A DNA stretch of 63,969 nucleotides, filler included, from Chrysochromulina tobinii (GCA_001275005.1; 8 parts of 8 records of this genome joined end to end with filler, not necessarily neighbours in it); one strand, 5' to 3'. Positions 21,601 to 30,631 are shown, numbered from the whole stretch's first letter. Translations and numbers: made by a program. Notes: generated from the letters alone by a model not told the origin.

Positions 21601-22523
21601 GTACGGCGAAGTGTGGGGTGCGCTTCCAATCTACCTCCACCACTCGCCAACGGATCCGGACTCCGCCTTTAACCATCTCGCCACCCTCGAGCTCACCGTG
21701 CCCGCCGTGGGGCAGCAGCGCCGAGTCGTGCCGCTAATCTCGGCAGACAACAAGCGGCCGCTCGCCGCCGGCCAGCTCGACAGCATGCTTCAGCTCATCC
21801 TTCGCCGCCTGATTGGCAAGGTGAACGCCAGCAAGTACAGCTGGCACTCGGCACGGATCTATCTAGCGTGCTCGCTCCTGGCGGCTGGCGCCTCCCACGC
21901 CCAAATTCAGGCCCTGTGCCGCTGGCAGACGGAAGACTCGCTCCGGGTCTATGCCCGCCTCAACCCGAGCAGCTACAAGGAGCTGCTCTCGCGCGCTGCC
22001 AGCGCGCAGGTTGACTCCGTCTCCGTGGGGTCCCTTCCCCCGCTCTCGAGCGAGCTCGCCATCCGGCAGCTCCTCGGTCTCTCACTGGTCGACGCCCTTG
22101 CGGCGGGAGCCTAAGCGGTACACCCGCGCGTGCGAGCCCTCTGCACTGCAAGGCCTCTCGTCGCGGGCTCCGATAACGACGAACCACTCGTTTGCCGCGT
22201 TCTCAGAATCCGCCGCGTCACCGCGTTCTCAGGATCCGCCGTGAGCATCAACGAGTGCAGTCGGATTTTCCGAAGCTACCCTCTACTGGGTCTGCTACGA
22301 TACCAAAGCCCCTTCCTTAACCGGGTTGTAATCATACCGGGCCTCGGACGAGAAACTCGTCCGGGATACAGGACACTGGCGAGAGCTCCGCCGCGTTACC
22401 GCGTTCTCAGGACCTCGCTGAGTGACTCAGGGACTGCCTCAGGGCAATACCCCCGATGCGCCGCATCGCGGCGGCGACAACAAGCGGTGCCCTCCTAAGG
22501 GACAAAGGGCACCGCTCCTGATT
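12660..22523 (+). mobile_element. DIRS-superfamily (YR) retrotransposon; ORF intact; termini unresolved and contig ends in the 3' region
   Basis: RT + RNase H + YR domain order; intronless 9.1-kb ORF; hairpin- and repeat-rich flanks; 5' boundary is an estimate. Confidence 0.82.
12986..22114 (+). CDS. 3042-aa polyprotein of a tyrosine-recombinase retrotransposon: gag-like region, RT, RNase H, tyrosine recombinase
   Basis: RT: PKPNGKRRVI (~17700), SDDFNDWFYQL (19103), LGQG..PGSNWGQR, YTDD (19436-19447). RNase H: SDACKEG (~19976)...E...D...NVTADLPSRG (~20321). YR: GMRKSE (~21422), SKAD, HSAR (21845), RW...Y (21920-21952). Confidence 0.92.
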   Translation: MDFVAVPAGTAPVAALALRGADPPLSFATADSFNTTLGVALCAVPGAAPGRMEAAYSNVAAELVGALFTNDAAVLDSATILSVIDPTKLRAVWLRLVFDGLDDAASLSGSRFRYERDNVLAGLDYSALGMPVGYLVTAADLFLTEVSAGAVGGGPTLWVRSTTIRAFASPVRGHPGLYSLAPLADLYRFAPGIFHTAERDLVDSPFRLVLEESRRRAQDAHMPYAALASASPLNTARAAAQAFIATAPPGRNWELYGPNGTPGDLTRRAQDWSDRCSLAGPIGAGGGGHAFLEVVCRRFDELALALPSLHTVLEGLLSVQAITAELASLAAGCFKPARGLPVNIQMLLAIEAACLELLSPMEEHNLLTARQRVEWICTMQQDTHARGGGGGGGGASADSSESVDHSILQRVKAALSTPVARIYFAELRALLDAVPPNSLTISKKLTSSPLAFVRRMGTGVAPPSSCTSSLWRDEFDRASLHVLKDKWRYNLSMRLAADKQGKVMQTAEKYRISSIAAAAIAEFRFDEIDWFGLTYEVRGVQADTDFMLMPIELHYSETDHFVSLGMVVQRVESALSLDSLATNSLTSAVDRAKTFFQDHCTPELTRADDIETIQTFFKEMWSSVREEWFPVISGRAPLQAFPDVVVPRSSSCWGALDEAEKDGVATKALLRNKALAHKLGLDTTRVSYPAGMARPGAAGSSRAGRSRSPSPSGGRASPSSRRDDGGGISRRPPTPPGEGGPPMAVFWRNQTDFAFSSSGTTVVPLQASIATGVSQTKFCWPVVASLKETAALRRRYCQTPGHARCISGAAHEQSDRMRVYFTKLFSGKRKQQDFERGRDLDGPDRDYTSTAKAAKLASDLEADMLATPAGWPPGTGPPALKLGGLGERMAFGHPAIVPGYRSVEPGEEVEEEEVDWSGMAEAWAHDDAAAASGSERSAAASAAAAKGGGTPRGGGKGRGKGRGAKGGGKAKGGGAKGGEKGGAKGGGGAKGGEKGGAKGGGGAKGGEKGGAAAGEKGGKGAAGGGGAKGRGRGGGKGGGKGGGRGRGRGGAVVSFASGAAGAAWSEVATAAARAARATARAAVPVLLAPLAMSSKIILYMLAISATSAPALLLPAGGGVWGREAPRTFLGAAAMKGASSAASRWAPALLEDQPRGLTAHYVAAQRLASGDSLCCTNWVAVCLVAPGLVGAPGTVWRDLSELEGTPEHAIAAVAAYRGHSLFYDLPALASLEPIFTGAERDVVDRALGVGGGFEVGKRAAMPPLPGPSQGFERETRSFDEMWAVHRSEVAELRGVFSEPGPALTALEAGRLACPLAAGYGTTGSECVSELAASFDKIWAADCPAWRERIAEADPAQIPLSLRETGALASFKDEALALTPFASRCRPPWTAKRPPPAPQLPGPPGPRDFEGFYPPGHFRAKADPWLFAQRAYLLDALEHGEACTAKPPEVLIFSDHERLPEYRGRLYEYDAAHGEYTLTDTAAPATTHLNLPFAVHFSEGYPDQEIFSTLEFGVDFDADNLEMQVVLPRHLQSLAGGLAKIQTDIAMRAGRGWYELFDRMPRNPWRPQQVGTRPKPNGKRRVIINASFPHGELADDYGVRVHALNALSKRSYDSVRGSDGKRMCRLLDKVRVTARSAPPQADDGAVKPLAEAAQFSARLGKVRVERADASATHPWSVQGGLGSILGTPFLARGADQQEAACDAYDLLHANPNRSAFTVAAEFGLKCSASQARVSARARASYESVLAAGVARGRSLQLVDRGRPGRSHLDAVAVRVVAKARLLNDAQRVAQAAVGTASKLVLHLFASSGELADELKLHGVGCTTAGIHRNADLCEDATYQRLMAQACAGVYVMVVAAVWSMSGSDEVTRRVVAVITAACRRGASYVLESPAEQVGVVPDLELELRRQTDSRKACFARCRLGSESQQATTMIYSAGLARLDALAGLHCRCHGLHAARAASRNSRPYELTALIAAAAADWVHRAQAGATWTVGLALRPCERVLALSDDGAKRPPELKWYISEYMSDDAVLKHVSIIVGTFVVTLSDDFNDWFYQLKLMAGCYWMVGYILLELEKLASEAPELRYIVEKVLGQGTVPGSNWGQRLCELVLHMWDTVFEVLDGSHTAAQRLDSPELDGWFARREAAGLAGRLHARGGYTDDTKFRFVGPERARRGAKAWCFVTKGFRTIMADASKRMLGVHDVSLGTCFNYSLGIAFIGEDKLQRALAQLHSLARGELAASIYRSLVGLLLHLAFLAGMRPSATHGMFTPMMEGGALAQGPDTLVAGRHLTPAIVARAGEWTERLSRSSGAPFTSAVASMARVAQAGPGAARHFWRSDACKEGTTHPGIAGICTGRGSPRVWVRRLTGDELLLPVPVTEFAGFFGNCSLWGASVPADELVVSEVDALVPAFVLTREASASPLMQHVLAAVNALECMARLREHMTIGHISSEVNVTADLPSRGRISELLLIAEHAGANLTIEPHPGALDLLLSELVQLELDRRPATALGSHNICMDGRPLAHVERVPACADVTISLSAPGPQRHVASANRPLPYARPRVERHVPAAAVAAVGHHHAAVAIDLPERTVTTTQLEAPHDFTVQRRAAVVERESDVLDLMLPERTALKRLLGDTTCYALKPAAASRLAQMCGAVHDATWDNAGSKAKLDSNMKLWRGYCDGLNTPCWRPCEAGLTMQEKEREAILAANFLPYALTVMRGRRGCAQAKPASAYKAYLGVRKAHSKRTVELPSTKLVWQMCKRLNAKHLNEFGAQSLIVRRKQPFTKEILHELLISTDKGALDLTVPAVGAAFRAFVATLRQTGMRKSELALSAGATFTPALATRSHLQWCLRGVIYADPPADLLRHPRNGDYAILIPPPSKADPYGEVWGALPIYLHHSPTDPDSAFNHLATLELTVPAVGQQRRVVPLISADNKRPLAAGQLDSMLQLILRRLIGKVNASKYSWHSARIYLACSLLAAGASHAQIQALCRWQTEDSLRVYARLNPSSYKELLSRAASAQVDSVSVGSLPPLSSELAIRQLLGLSLVDALAAGA

Positions 22524-22623
22524 NNNNNNNNNNNNNNNNNNNNNNNNNNNNNNNNNNNNNNNNNNNNTTAATTAATTAANNNNNNNNNNNNNNNNNNNNN
22601 NNNNNNNNNNNNNNNNNNNNNNN

Positions 22624-22699
22624 CAACCCGGACTTAGCTCAACCCGGACTTGTTAAGTCCGGGTTGAGCATACCGTCACGAAATAAGTCCGGGTTGAGC
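22624..22699. repeat. Cluster of direct and inverted copies of GCTCAACCCGGACTT at the contig start (transposon/MITE end-like)
   Basis: Forward 22624-22635 (partial) and 22637-22651; inverted 22655-22669 and 22685-22699. Confidence 0.85.
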
Positions 22700-22789
22700 A
22701 ACAACCTCGTTTTTTCCTCAGTTCGCCTAGCGAGGCCTCTCCCACGCCCACCCGCTTGCTGGACTTGCAGTCGAGGCCGCTCGACGCAA

Positions 22790-23500
22790 ATGAGCCGTCC
22801 CGGGGCTCACTACAGCGGGGCTCACCACAGCCCGATTGGGCTATATAACAATGGCACCTACGTCAATGGAGCCGCTGGGGCGCCGTCAATCTTCACGCAC
22901 GGGCAGGCACAGGTGCTGCAGCTGCCGAGCCACGGCACTAACACGCCCCAGCTGGCGCTGCAGCCGCCGGCGCCACGTGCTTCGGCCCCGAGGACGACTG
23001 TCGCCGATCTGACGGCGCAAGAGAGGATTTTTGGAGGCAAGGCAGAGCGCACCTGGTCGGAGACGACGGCACACGAGTCGGCACGCCTTGAGATCTTGAC
23101 CATGCGTCAGCTGCAGCGTGCACTGCAGCGAAAGATTGCCGAGTCAACCAAAAGCGGCCCTGCCGGTTTGTGGCAGGCCTTTCACAAGCTCGACCGGCGA
23201 AGCGTGCAGCACCTCAACCTCGACGACCTCGTGGCCGGCGTCCGCGGCTTCAATCTCATCTGTGCGCCGGAGCTCGTCAAGCAGCTGCTGCACGCGCTCG
23301 ACTCGGACCACGATGGGGTTCTGGGCATGTCCGAGTTTGTCGCGGGGTTCCAAGATGGTGGCTCCAAAACGATGCAGCCCGAGCCCTCCTACAACATCTC
23401 GAGCCGGCGCCACTTCCGCTCGATCAAGTTCCACCACCCGATTCATACCTTCGCGCACCTGAGCGCTTTCCATTCCTTCGAAGAGAACCCGCAGCAGTGA
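22790..23500 (+). CDS. EF-hand calcium-binding protein
   Basis: AFHKLDRRSVQHLNLDDL (degenerate) and LDSDHDGVLGMSEF (canonical) EF-hands. Confidence 0.8.
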   Translation: MSRPGAHYSGAHHSPIGLYNNGTYVNGAAGAPSIFTHGQAQVLQLPSHGTNTPQLALQPPAPRASAPRTTVADLTAQERIFGGKAERTWSETTAHESARLEILTMRQLQRALQRKIAESTKSGPAGLWQAFHKLDRRSVQHLNLDDLVAGVRGFNLICAPELVKQLLHALDSDHDGVLGMSEFVAGFQDGGSKTMQPEPSYNISSRRHFRSIKFHHPIHTFAHLSAFHSFEENPQQ

Positions 23501-23910
23501 GCAGCCAACGCTAAAGTGGCGCGTGAAGTTCCTTTCGTGTTGTCAAGTCGTTGTTGTGTTCACTTACCGGAGAGCACGTAAAAACACACCAAATGCCGAT
23601 TCGAGTAGAAGTACAGCACTGGCAGAATATTCGTCGTGTTGAGCAGCACGATTCAGTATGATTCCGCAAGCGTGTGTTGAGACACACGTTGCCAACATCT
23701 CCACCTGACGCCCAAACCATCCTCCAAGCCATCCTCAACGCCGCCAGCGCGCGCATGCTCCGCGTCTCATATGGGGTCATGTAAGGTGTGTATTCTGAGC
23801 GGGCAGTAACAGTGCCGTAGCACCGGTTGTCGGTGTTAACGTTCACACATTCACGTTCACGTTCACGTCAAATTGCCATCTCGGCACAAGAAACAAGTGC
23901 TCTTCCTTCC

Positions 23911-25668
23911 ATGGGCCGCCGCCAGCGTCCCATTCTGTCCGTGTGGGACGTGGATGCGGTCACTTCCGCATTCGCGGAGGCGAATCTCAAGGTGACCCAT
24001 CTGAAACCACTGTACGGCTGGCTGCTTCGCCACCCAGAGGTGCAAGCGTGGGAGGACATCAATGGCAGGTGGGCCTCAGAGGCGCAGCTGCGCAACATCC
24101 CGTCGGGTGCACGTGAGCTTCTTGCTGCGAACTTCGCCATCTTCTCATCGCGCATCGAGGCCCGAGATGAGTCGGCCGACGGCGCAACCACCAAGCTCGC
24201 TGTGGCACTCTCCGACAACCTCCGAGTTGAGACGGTATTGATGCGCCATGGGAATCGCACGACTGTGTGCGTTTCGTCGCAGGTGGGCTGCGCAATGGGG
24301 TGTTCTTTTTGTGCAACGGGCACAATGGGCATCGTTGGCGACCTTTCGGCGGGCGAGATTGTCGAGCAGCTGCTGCATAGCCGTCGGCTCGAGCGTGCGG
24401 ATCGACATTCAGTGGCGGCAGGGGCGACAGAGGAGAAGGTCGAGGCAGACGCGACTGTCGCGACGGCTGCCGGCGCCTCCATGGGGCCCACCGCATCCAC
24501 AGCCGACGCGTCCATCGAGGCCGCCACCGAAGCCGCCACCACCTCGCTCACCACTGCTACCGCTGCCGCCATCGCCGCTTCGCCGGCGGTATTGGCCTCG
24601 GTGCGGCGTGGCGGCGGCGGCGGCGGCAGCGCGAGCGGGGTGCGCAACGTAGTGTTCATGGGAATGGGCGAGCCACTGAACAACTACCGCGCCGTCTGCG
24701 CCGCCGTGCGCGTGCTCATCGATCCAAGCCTCTTTGGGATTCGTCCGAGCTGCGTGACCGTCTCGACGGTGGGCATCGTACCGCGGATGGCGCGCTTTGC
24801 CATCGATCTGCCAGGCGTCTCGCTCGCACTCTCGCTGCATGCGCCCACACAGCCGCAGCGCGAGGCCATCATGCCTGCCGCGCGCGCCTACCCGCTCCCT
24901 CGCTTAATGGGAGCTCTGGAAGCGCATATGGCTGCGGCACGCCCCCACACACCCACGAGCAAGGTGGCGATGGTCGAGTACATTTTGCTGCGTGGGATCA
25001 ATGACAGGCCCGAGGACGCGGCGGCGCTCGCGGCGCTGCTGAGCCCGCATTCAGATCGCTTGATGGTCAACTTAATTCCATACAATCCAACCGACGCTAC
25101 TCCGGAGTACCGACGGTCGACCTCGGCCGCCACCGCCACCTTCATGACGACGATGCGGTCGGCGAGGGTGCTCACGATGGTGCGACGTACGATGGGCAGT
25201 GACATTGCGGGAGCGTGTGGACAGCTCGTGCGTCAGCAAGAGCGCCACTACGCCGCCCAGCGCGCTGCTGCCGCACCCGCCACCGCTGCCGCTACCCACG
25301 CCGCCGCCGCTGACATTGAGGATCTGCCTTGGGACCATCTCGGGGCTTCGGTGCCCGTGGAACGCTCGCGCGCGCCCTCCCACGCAGCCGCCGCAATCAG
25401 GCGCCGCGCCGTCGCGCCTCTCCCTGCTTCTCGTACCTCCCCCGAGAAGCCTCGATCCACGCCGCCGACGCCCATAACGATGCCCATGACGACGCTCAGC
25501 CGAGCCCAGGCCGAAGCCACCCACGGCCGAGCACCTTTGTCAGACCGAGCACGATCTCTCGCATTCGTGGCGAGCGTCACGCTCGCAGCGGCCGTCGCTA
25601 TATGCAGTGGCTATTGTGTGCTGGCCTCCATTGCATCGCTCATTATCGAGCACGGCACCCTGATTTGA
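23911..25668 (+). CDS. rlmN: RlmN/Cfr-family radical SAM RNA methyltransferase with Ala-rich insert and C-terminal hydrophobic segment
   Basis: VETVLM, VCVSSQVGCAMGCSFCATG, NVVFMGMGEPL, SLHA, NLIPYN, DIAGACGQL. Confidence 0.92.
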   Translation: MGRRQRPILSVWDVDAVTSAFAEANLKVTHLKPLYGWLLRHPEVQAWEDINGRWASEAQLRNIPSGARELLAANFAIFSSRIEARDESADGATTKLAVALSDNLRVETVLMRHGNRTTVCVSSQVGCAMGCSFCATGTMGIVGDLSAGEIVEQLLHSRRLERADRHSVAAGATEEKVEADATVATAAGASMGPTASTADASIEAATEAATTSLTTATAAAIAASPAVLASVRRGGGGGGSASGVRNVVFMGMGEPLNNYRAVCAAVRVLIDPSLFGIRPSCVTVSTVGIVPRMARFAIDLPGVSLALSLHAPTQPQREAIMPAARAYPLPRLMGALEAHMAAARPHTPTSKVAMVEYILLRGINDRPEDAAALAALLSPHSDRLMVNLIPYNPTDATPEYRRSTSAATATFMTTMRSARVLTMVRRTMGSDIAGACGQLVRQQERHYAAQRAAAAPATAAATHAAAADIEDLPWDHLGASVPVERSRAPSHAAAAIRRRAVAPLPASRTSPEKPRSTPPTPITMPMTTLSRAQAEATHGRAPLSDRARSLAFVASVTLAAAVAICSGYCVLASIASLIIEHGTLI

Positions 25669-25939
25669 TTAGCATGGTGCAATTTGGCGACCTCGAGATT
25701 AGAGGGGCGGTTGTGGTCGTTCCAGTCCATCTCAGTACGCGCGGGTCGTACGGGGCGCTTTAAGAAAAGTTCGTCTTGAGTCGTAGGGCTTTACGTTAGG
25801 GACTCAAAATCATCGTCGCCCTACGATACCGCCGCTAGGCCTAGGGCTTACAGGGCCTACAGTACACCACAGCCAACCTAACGTAACAGTACGCGCGGCT
25901 AAATTTAACGCCACCGCGTACCGCGGTGAAGATGTCGCC

Positions 25940-27376
25940 CTAGGACCTCCTCGACTGCGTAATGCCACGAGCACAGCAATGCACGTGCAGGCTCGTCGTG
26001 TCGTCCCAACTCATCCGTATGCGCACCGTGTGTATGAAGCGAAGCCGGCAACGAGCGGCACGAGCCGTAGCAGCGGACGTAGCAGAGGACGTGGCAGCGG
26101 ACGAGGGCGAGGTGACTTCGCCAGACACGGCGGTGCCTGCTAGAGCACCCGTTTCGTCGCCGCTCTCCGGGGGTGGTTCGAGCAGCTGTCGCAGCGAACC
26201 CACACAGCGCAGGCGGGGCAGCCGGCCGAGTGCCGCGACGAGCGCCGTATTGAGCGCATCCGAGAAGCACAGGTTGGACAGATAGGCAAAGGTGGCATTG
26301 GCAGGGAGCATGCCCGGGCGTGTCGCGTCGCCTTCACGCAGCTCCACCCGCGCCGCCTCCGCATCGCTCAGTACGCCCGCTGCTCTTGCAGCTGTGAGTG
26401 CGCTCTGGGCGGCCGCTGCCCGCGTCGGGACCACCTCCACTCCCACAGCATAGGCTGGGGAGAGGAGGGCGACAGAGGCGACCACCTTTCCCACACCACT
26501 CCCTATGTCGACGAAGGTGTCTGACGACGTGAGCCATGGGCCCAGATGGTAGCTAGGTCGCTTGGGTGGCGCTTCGGCCGCAATGTCCGCTTGGTGCAGC
26601 GCGCTGAGCAGTCCAATCACGCCATCCACAGTGATCTCTCCATATGTCAGAGGGGAATAGCGGGCCGCGCCTCCAGCGCTAGACGTCGCGCCGCCACCGT
26701 CCTCAGCGTGCGCCACCACGGAGCCCTCCTCGACCAGCGGCGCATGTGGCGCGTACCCGCTGTGGCTGGATGCCGCCCACGCGTGCCGGAGCAGCCGCTC
26801 GAGACGGCGCGGTCGCGGGTCGTTGAACGGGGCCTTGGAACAAAGGGCGGGCGTGTCGAAGAGGCCGTCGACCTGGCAGCGAAGCGGCGCGACCGCCTCG
26901 CCGTACCGCACGACCGACGCCTGCCGCGGGAGCCAAGAGGGCCGGGCGAAACGCGGCGCGCTCTCGAGGCGCACGAGGCGCGCATGCGAAGCCTCCGGGT
27001 CGCTGCAGTAATGAAAGATTCGGAGCACATATGGAGCCCTGCCACCGCACGCATTCCAGCTGCGGCTCACATAGTGCATGGGCTGTGCGACGAGACGGAC
27101 GCTCTCGAGCCCGACCGCCATCCAAGTGGGAGTGTCGTCGTCGGCCGCGCCCAGCAGGGCGTCGAGTTCGGTGCTGTGCCGAGCGTGGGGATCCTCTGCG
27201 GCCTCATCGGGGATCCACAACGCTGAGCCATTGTGAGGGCACACGGTGAAGCGCCCATAAGAGTCGCACGGAGTTTGAGCCGCTGCGGCATACGCGGTTC
27301 GTTGCCAGTTCGCAGCCACGTTGATGCCGCGCCGGAACTGCGAGAGTGCCGAGCTCACGTCGGGCGTGAATTCCAT
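25940..27376 (-). CDS. DOT1-like class I SAM-dependent methyltransferase
   Basis: TYGEIT, FVDIGSGVGKVV, GVEVVPTR, GDAT, YLSNLCF. Confidence 0.8.
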   Translation of the reverse strand: MEFTPDVSSALSQFRRGINVAANWQRTAYAAAAQTPCDSYGRFTVCPHNGSALWIPDEAAEDPHARHSTELDALLGAADDDTPTWMAVGLESVRLVAQPMHYVSRSWNACGGRAPYVLRIFHYCSDPEASHARLVRLESAPRFARPSWLPRQASVVRYGEAVAPLRCQVDGLFDTPALCSKAPFNDPRPRRLERLLRHAWAASSHSGYAPHAPLVEEGSVVAHAEDGGGATSSAGGAARYSPLTYGEITVDGVIGLLSALHQADIAAEAPPKRPSYHLGPWLTSSDTFVDIGSGVGKVVASVALLSPAYAVGVEVVPTRAAAAQSALTAARAAGVLSDAEAARVELREGDATRPGMLPANATFAYLSNLCFSDALNTALVAALGRLPRLRCVGSLRQLLEPPPESGDETGALAGTAVSGEVTSPSSAATSSATSAATARAARCRLRFIHTVRIRMSWDDTTSLHVHCCARGITQSRRS

Positions 27377-28038
27377 GGAGCATCAGCATGTTTCGCACAC
27401 GTACCTCCCGAGACTCTAGGATTAGGCGTGAACACCAGCTGTGAACAGTTGTCCCGGTGTCCTTAAGCAATCCGCACAATGAGTTTCACACGACACACAA
27501 AAAGTGCACGCATCCGGCCAATAGCCGAGAAATACGCCGCAGCACGCGACGGCACACACCATGCGGCACACCTCCAATACGTTCGTCGTCGAGACGGTCC
27601 GCCGACGCTCTCTTTCGGCAGTCCCGACCCGTCAGTCCTCGCCTCACCGGACCCAGACCCCGCACACACATCCTGTTCAGCTGTGCACAGTGGAACCACC
27701 ACCGCGCACACACCCAGCCTCTTCTTTTGCACATTCATGTGTTTGCCCTTCGTCTGCAGCCCCACCATGTCACCACTCACCAGCCATCCGCTCATACGTG
27801 ACACACGCGCAATGGTGGCACCTTGCCCACCTGCCAAGGTCACTGCCATGGTAGAGGATTCTGCCGCCACATCAGACCTCGATGGAACCCCTGACGTGCC
27901 TACGGTCACGGCAGTGCCTGCCTACGGGCACGCTCTGGACCTCTGAGATGACCACTCATCCCTGCACTCATCGCACATTGCAGGCCGCAACCTCGTCGCT
28001 GCTCAGTTAACAACTTCGGCGGCAGGAGAGGGCCCTGC

Positions 28039-30472
28039 TTAAAAGAGCAGCTGGCGCGCCTTGTCCTTGTCGGAGGAGAACGTCAGGTGGTCGATGACGC
28101 ACTGCTTGTTGCCGACCACTTTATATCTCATCGCCTCGATGATACGCATCTTGTCCGACGAGTGCGGCGTGCAGTTGAGCACCTCGACCAAGGCCTCGGC
28201 TGGCAAGTTGCCCTGGCAGTGGCGCCCGAAGAGCTCAGCAGCCGACACGATGTCCGATGAGAATGTGAGGCCTTTGAAGACGAGGTGGATGTTGCGGAAG
28301 TCGGTGATGTGAGGGCACATGCACTCGATCATCCCCATCTTGGTCGACGAGTGGGGAGACGCCTCCATAGCGCCTGCCAGAGCCGCGCAGTGGTTGTGGC
28401 GCATGTTCCGTGACATAATCTCGGCGGCCCTTCTCATGTCACTGTCGTGAGTCAGTGCCTTAAAGACTGCAACGAACTCCCGGTCGTCGAGGTGCCAGCT
28501 GCCAGTGAAAAACTCTTCGATGAGCTTGATCTTGTCCGACGAGTGCGGCGTGGCGTTCATGCGCATGATCAAATCCTTGCCACCGCGCGGCTGGTGGCCT
28601 ACAGGGGAACCGCCAGCCACGCCGTGCTGCGCCATTGCCTGCTGCGCCATCGCCTGCTGCGCCATCGCCTGCTGCGTCGCCGAGTCAGCGGAGTTAGCCG
28701 CCATCCCCGCCACCGCCACCATCCCCAGCGCCGCTGCCATCGCCACCGCCGCGACCACCCCCGATCCCGTCATCGCTCCCATCGCAGGGATCCCCATCGG
28801 GGGGCTCAGGTGGTGGCTTGGCAAGCAGCTCGGCTGTTGCTCCTCTGCGATGAGAAGACCCGCGCGAAGCGAGATGTGCGCATGCCACGCGAGTACCGTC
28901 AGCCGCACAAGGCGGGCCCTCACCTCTGTCGGAAGGCGCAGGTGTGCTTGGCGCGTCGAGTCATTTGGGTTCAGGCCCGTGGCGAGGCCTGCGCTCACTT
29001 CCCGCCACGCCACGCCGTTGTCCGAGACTTCGACGCGCAGCATCTGCACAAGCTGATCGGTGCAAGAGTGGCCACGTGTCATGACGACGATGCCGATGAG
29101 GCGCACCACATTGCCTGCATCGATGACCATCCATTCGCCGACGCGGCTCTGCCCCGCGCTCCAAGCCTGCTGTGAGTCGAGCATCGAGCGGGCGTGGCCT
29201 TGACCTCTTGCATCGCCATCCCACACCGATGAGTACTGCCGCGCCTCCTCTGGCGGGTTGAGGACGCGCTCGATGCTTGGCAGCTGGCTCGGCGGATGGC
29301 TCGGATAGACGCCGCCGCCCGTGGGCTGAAGCAGGACCTCGTGCGGCGCGAATCGTGCAACGGGCATCCGTTGATTCGCGCCGCTCTGGTCGTACGAGAT
29401 GTAGACGTACTTCTGACCCGTCTTCGAGCCGTCGTGCTCCATCTCGTGCGTGACGGACTCGACTTTCGCGAACTTCCCCTCGTCAAACTTGACGATGCAC
29501 GGACCGACGCCTTCAGGTGTGACCACCTTGGAGGCGTCGTCGCACGAGAGCCCGAAGAAGTTGCCCTCGTATCCGTGCTCGATGTGGTGTGGGTGGAAGG
29601 CTGTGACAACCAGCTCGACGGGCGCAAGCGGCACGAGTACGTCCGCCGTGGGGGTCCATGGCGGAAGCCCCGCTGGCGGAAGCCTTGCTGGCGGAAGCCC
29701 CACGGAGATGGGCGCTGAACCGAGCGCATCGGCTCGTGGCGCTGAGGTGGGGGCGGCAGCTGAGGACGCGCCTTCACTCCCCAAGCTAGAGTCATACGGC
29801 CCCCGACTCTCCCAGCTGAGGTCATATGCCCCCCCCGGAGCCATATATGGCACAAGTTTCAGCGTCGGCACAGGTGGCTTGCCGTGGCCGTTTCGGACGA
29901 CCCAACCCGACTCGGGCGGGAAGGGTGAGTCACCGCGCGCCATGTACCGATGATGGCCGGCGTACCCGATTCCCCAGCAGCCGATGCCCGCGCGGTACCC
30001 ATGGCGGCGCGTCCAGTCTGAGTCTTGCCAGCCAATTGTGGTGCCGTGCTGGTTGCGGAAGAAGGGCTTGCCGTTGGCTTGATGGTCGTTCGGCGCGGGG
30101 TGATAGATGCCATTGCACACGCCCAAGCCAGCACCCTCCACGACGACGGTGCTGAGGTCTGCGCCGTCGTCGTGTGCAGCTGCGAGCGACAAGCCTTTCA
30201 CTGCCTCTGCTAGCGCCGCAGTCTGCGCTGCAGTCTGCGCACGAGTCTGCGCAGCCTCGTCGGCGACCCTCTGCATTTGGCGGCTGGACTTCATCTGGCG
30301 CCAGCGGTCGAGCGGAGAGGAGTTGATCCCGGGCATCACGCGCGCCTCGACGCGCCCGTTACGAATGACCGCGTCGACCACCTGACCGAACACGTGGACC
30401 GGATCATCGTCCTCGTCGTCCTCCCGCAGCTCGCGCGCTGTGCCATCCTCCTTGCCCGAGGGGACGAGGTAC
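28039..30472 (-). CDS. Terminal exon of a protein with an F5/8 type C (discoidin) domain and C-terminal DUF4476-like helical repeats, 5'-partial
   Basis: YSSVW..HARSMLDSQQAWSA...EWMVID...ARLVRL.VLAWH.HISLRAGL; repeated (H/F)SSDK motifs; family-B acceptor at 30473. Confidence 0.78.
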
Positions 30473-30631
30473 CTGATGAGGGAGACCATCAAGAGGTCAT
30501 CAGAGGTAATCTGCGGCAAACACAGAGGCGANNNNNNNNNNNNNNNNNNNNNNNNNNNNNNNNNNNNNNNNNNNNTTAATTAATTAANNNNNNNNNNNNN
30601 NNNNNNNNNNNNNNNNNNNNNNNNNNNNNNN

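Noticed and set aside
27479..27946. Small plus-strand ORF between the DOT1-like and discoidin genes
   Set aside because: No recognisable motif and a non-ATG start; cannot be supported as a gene
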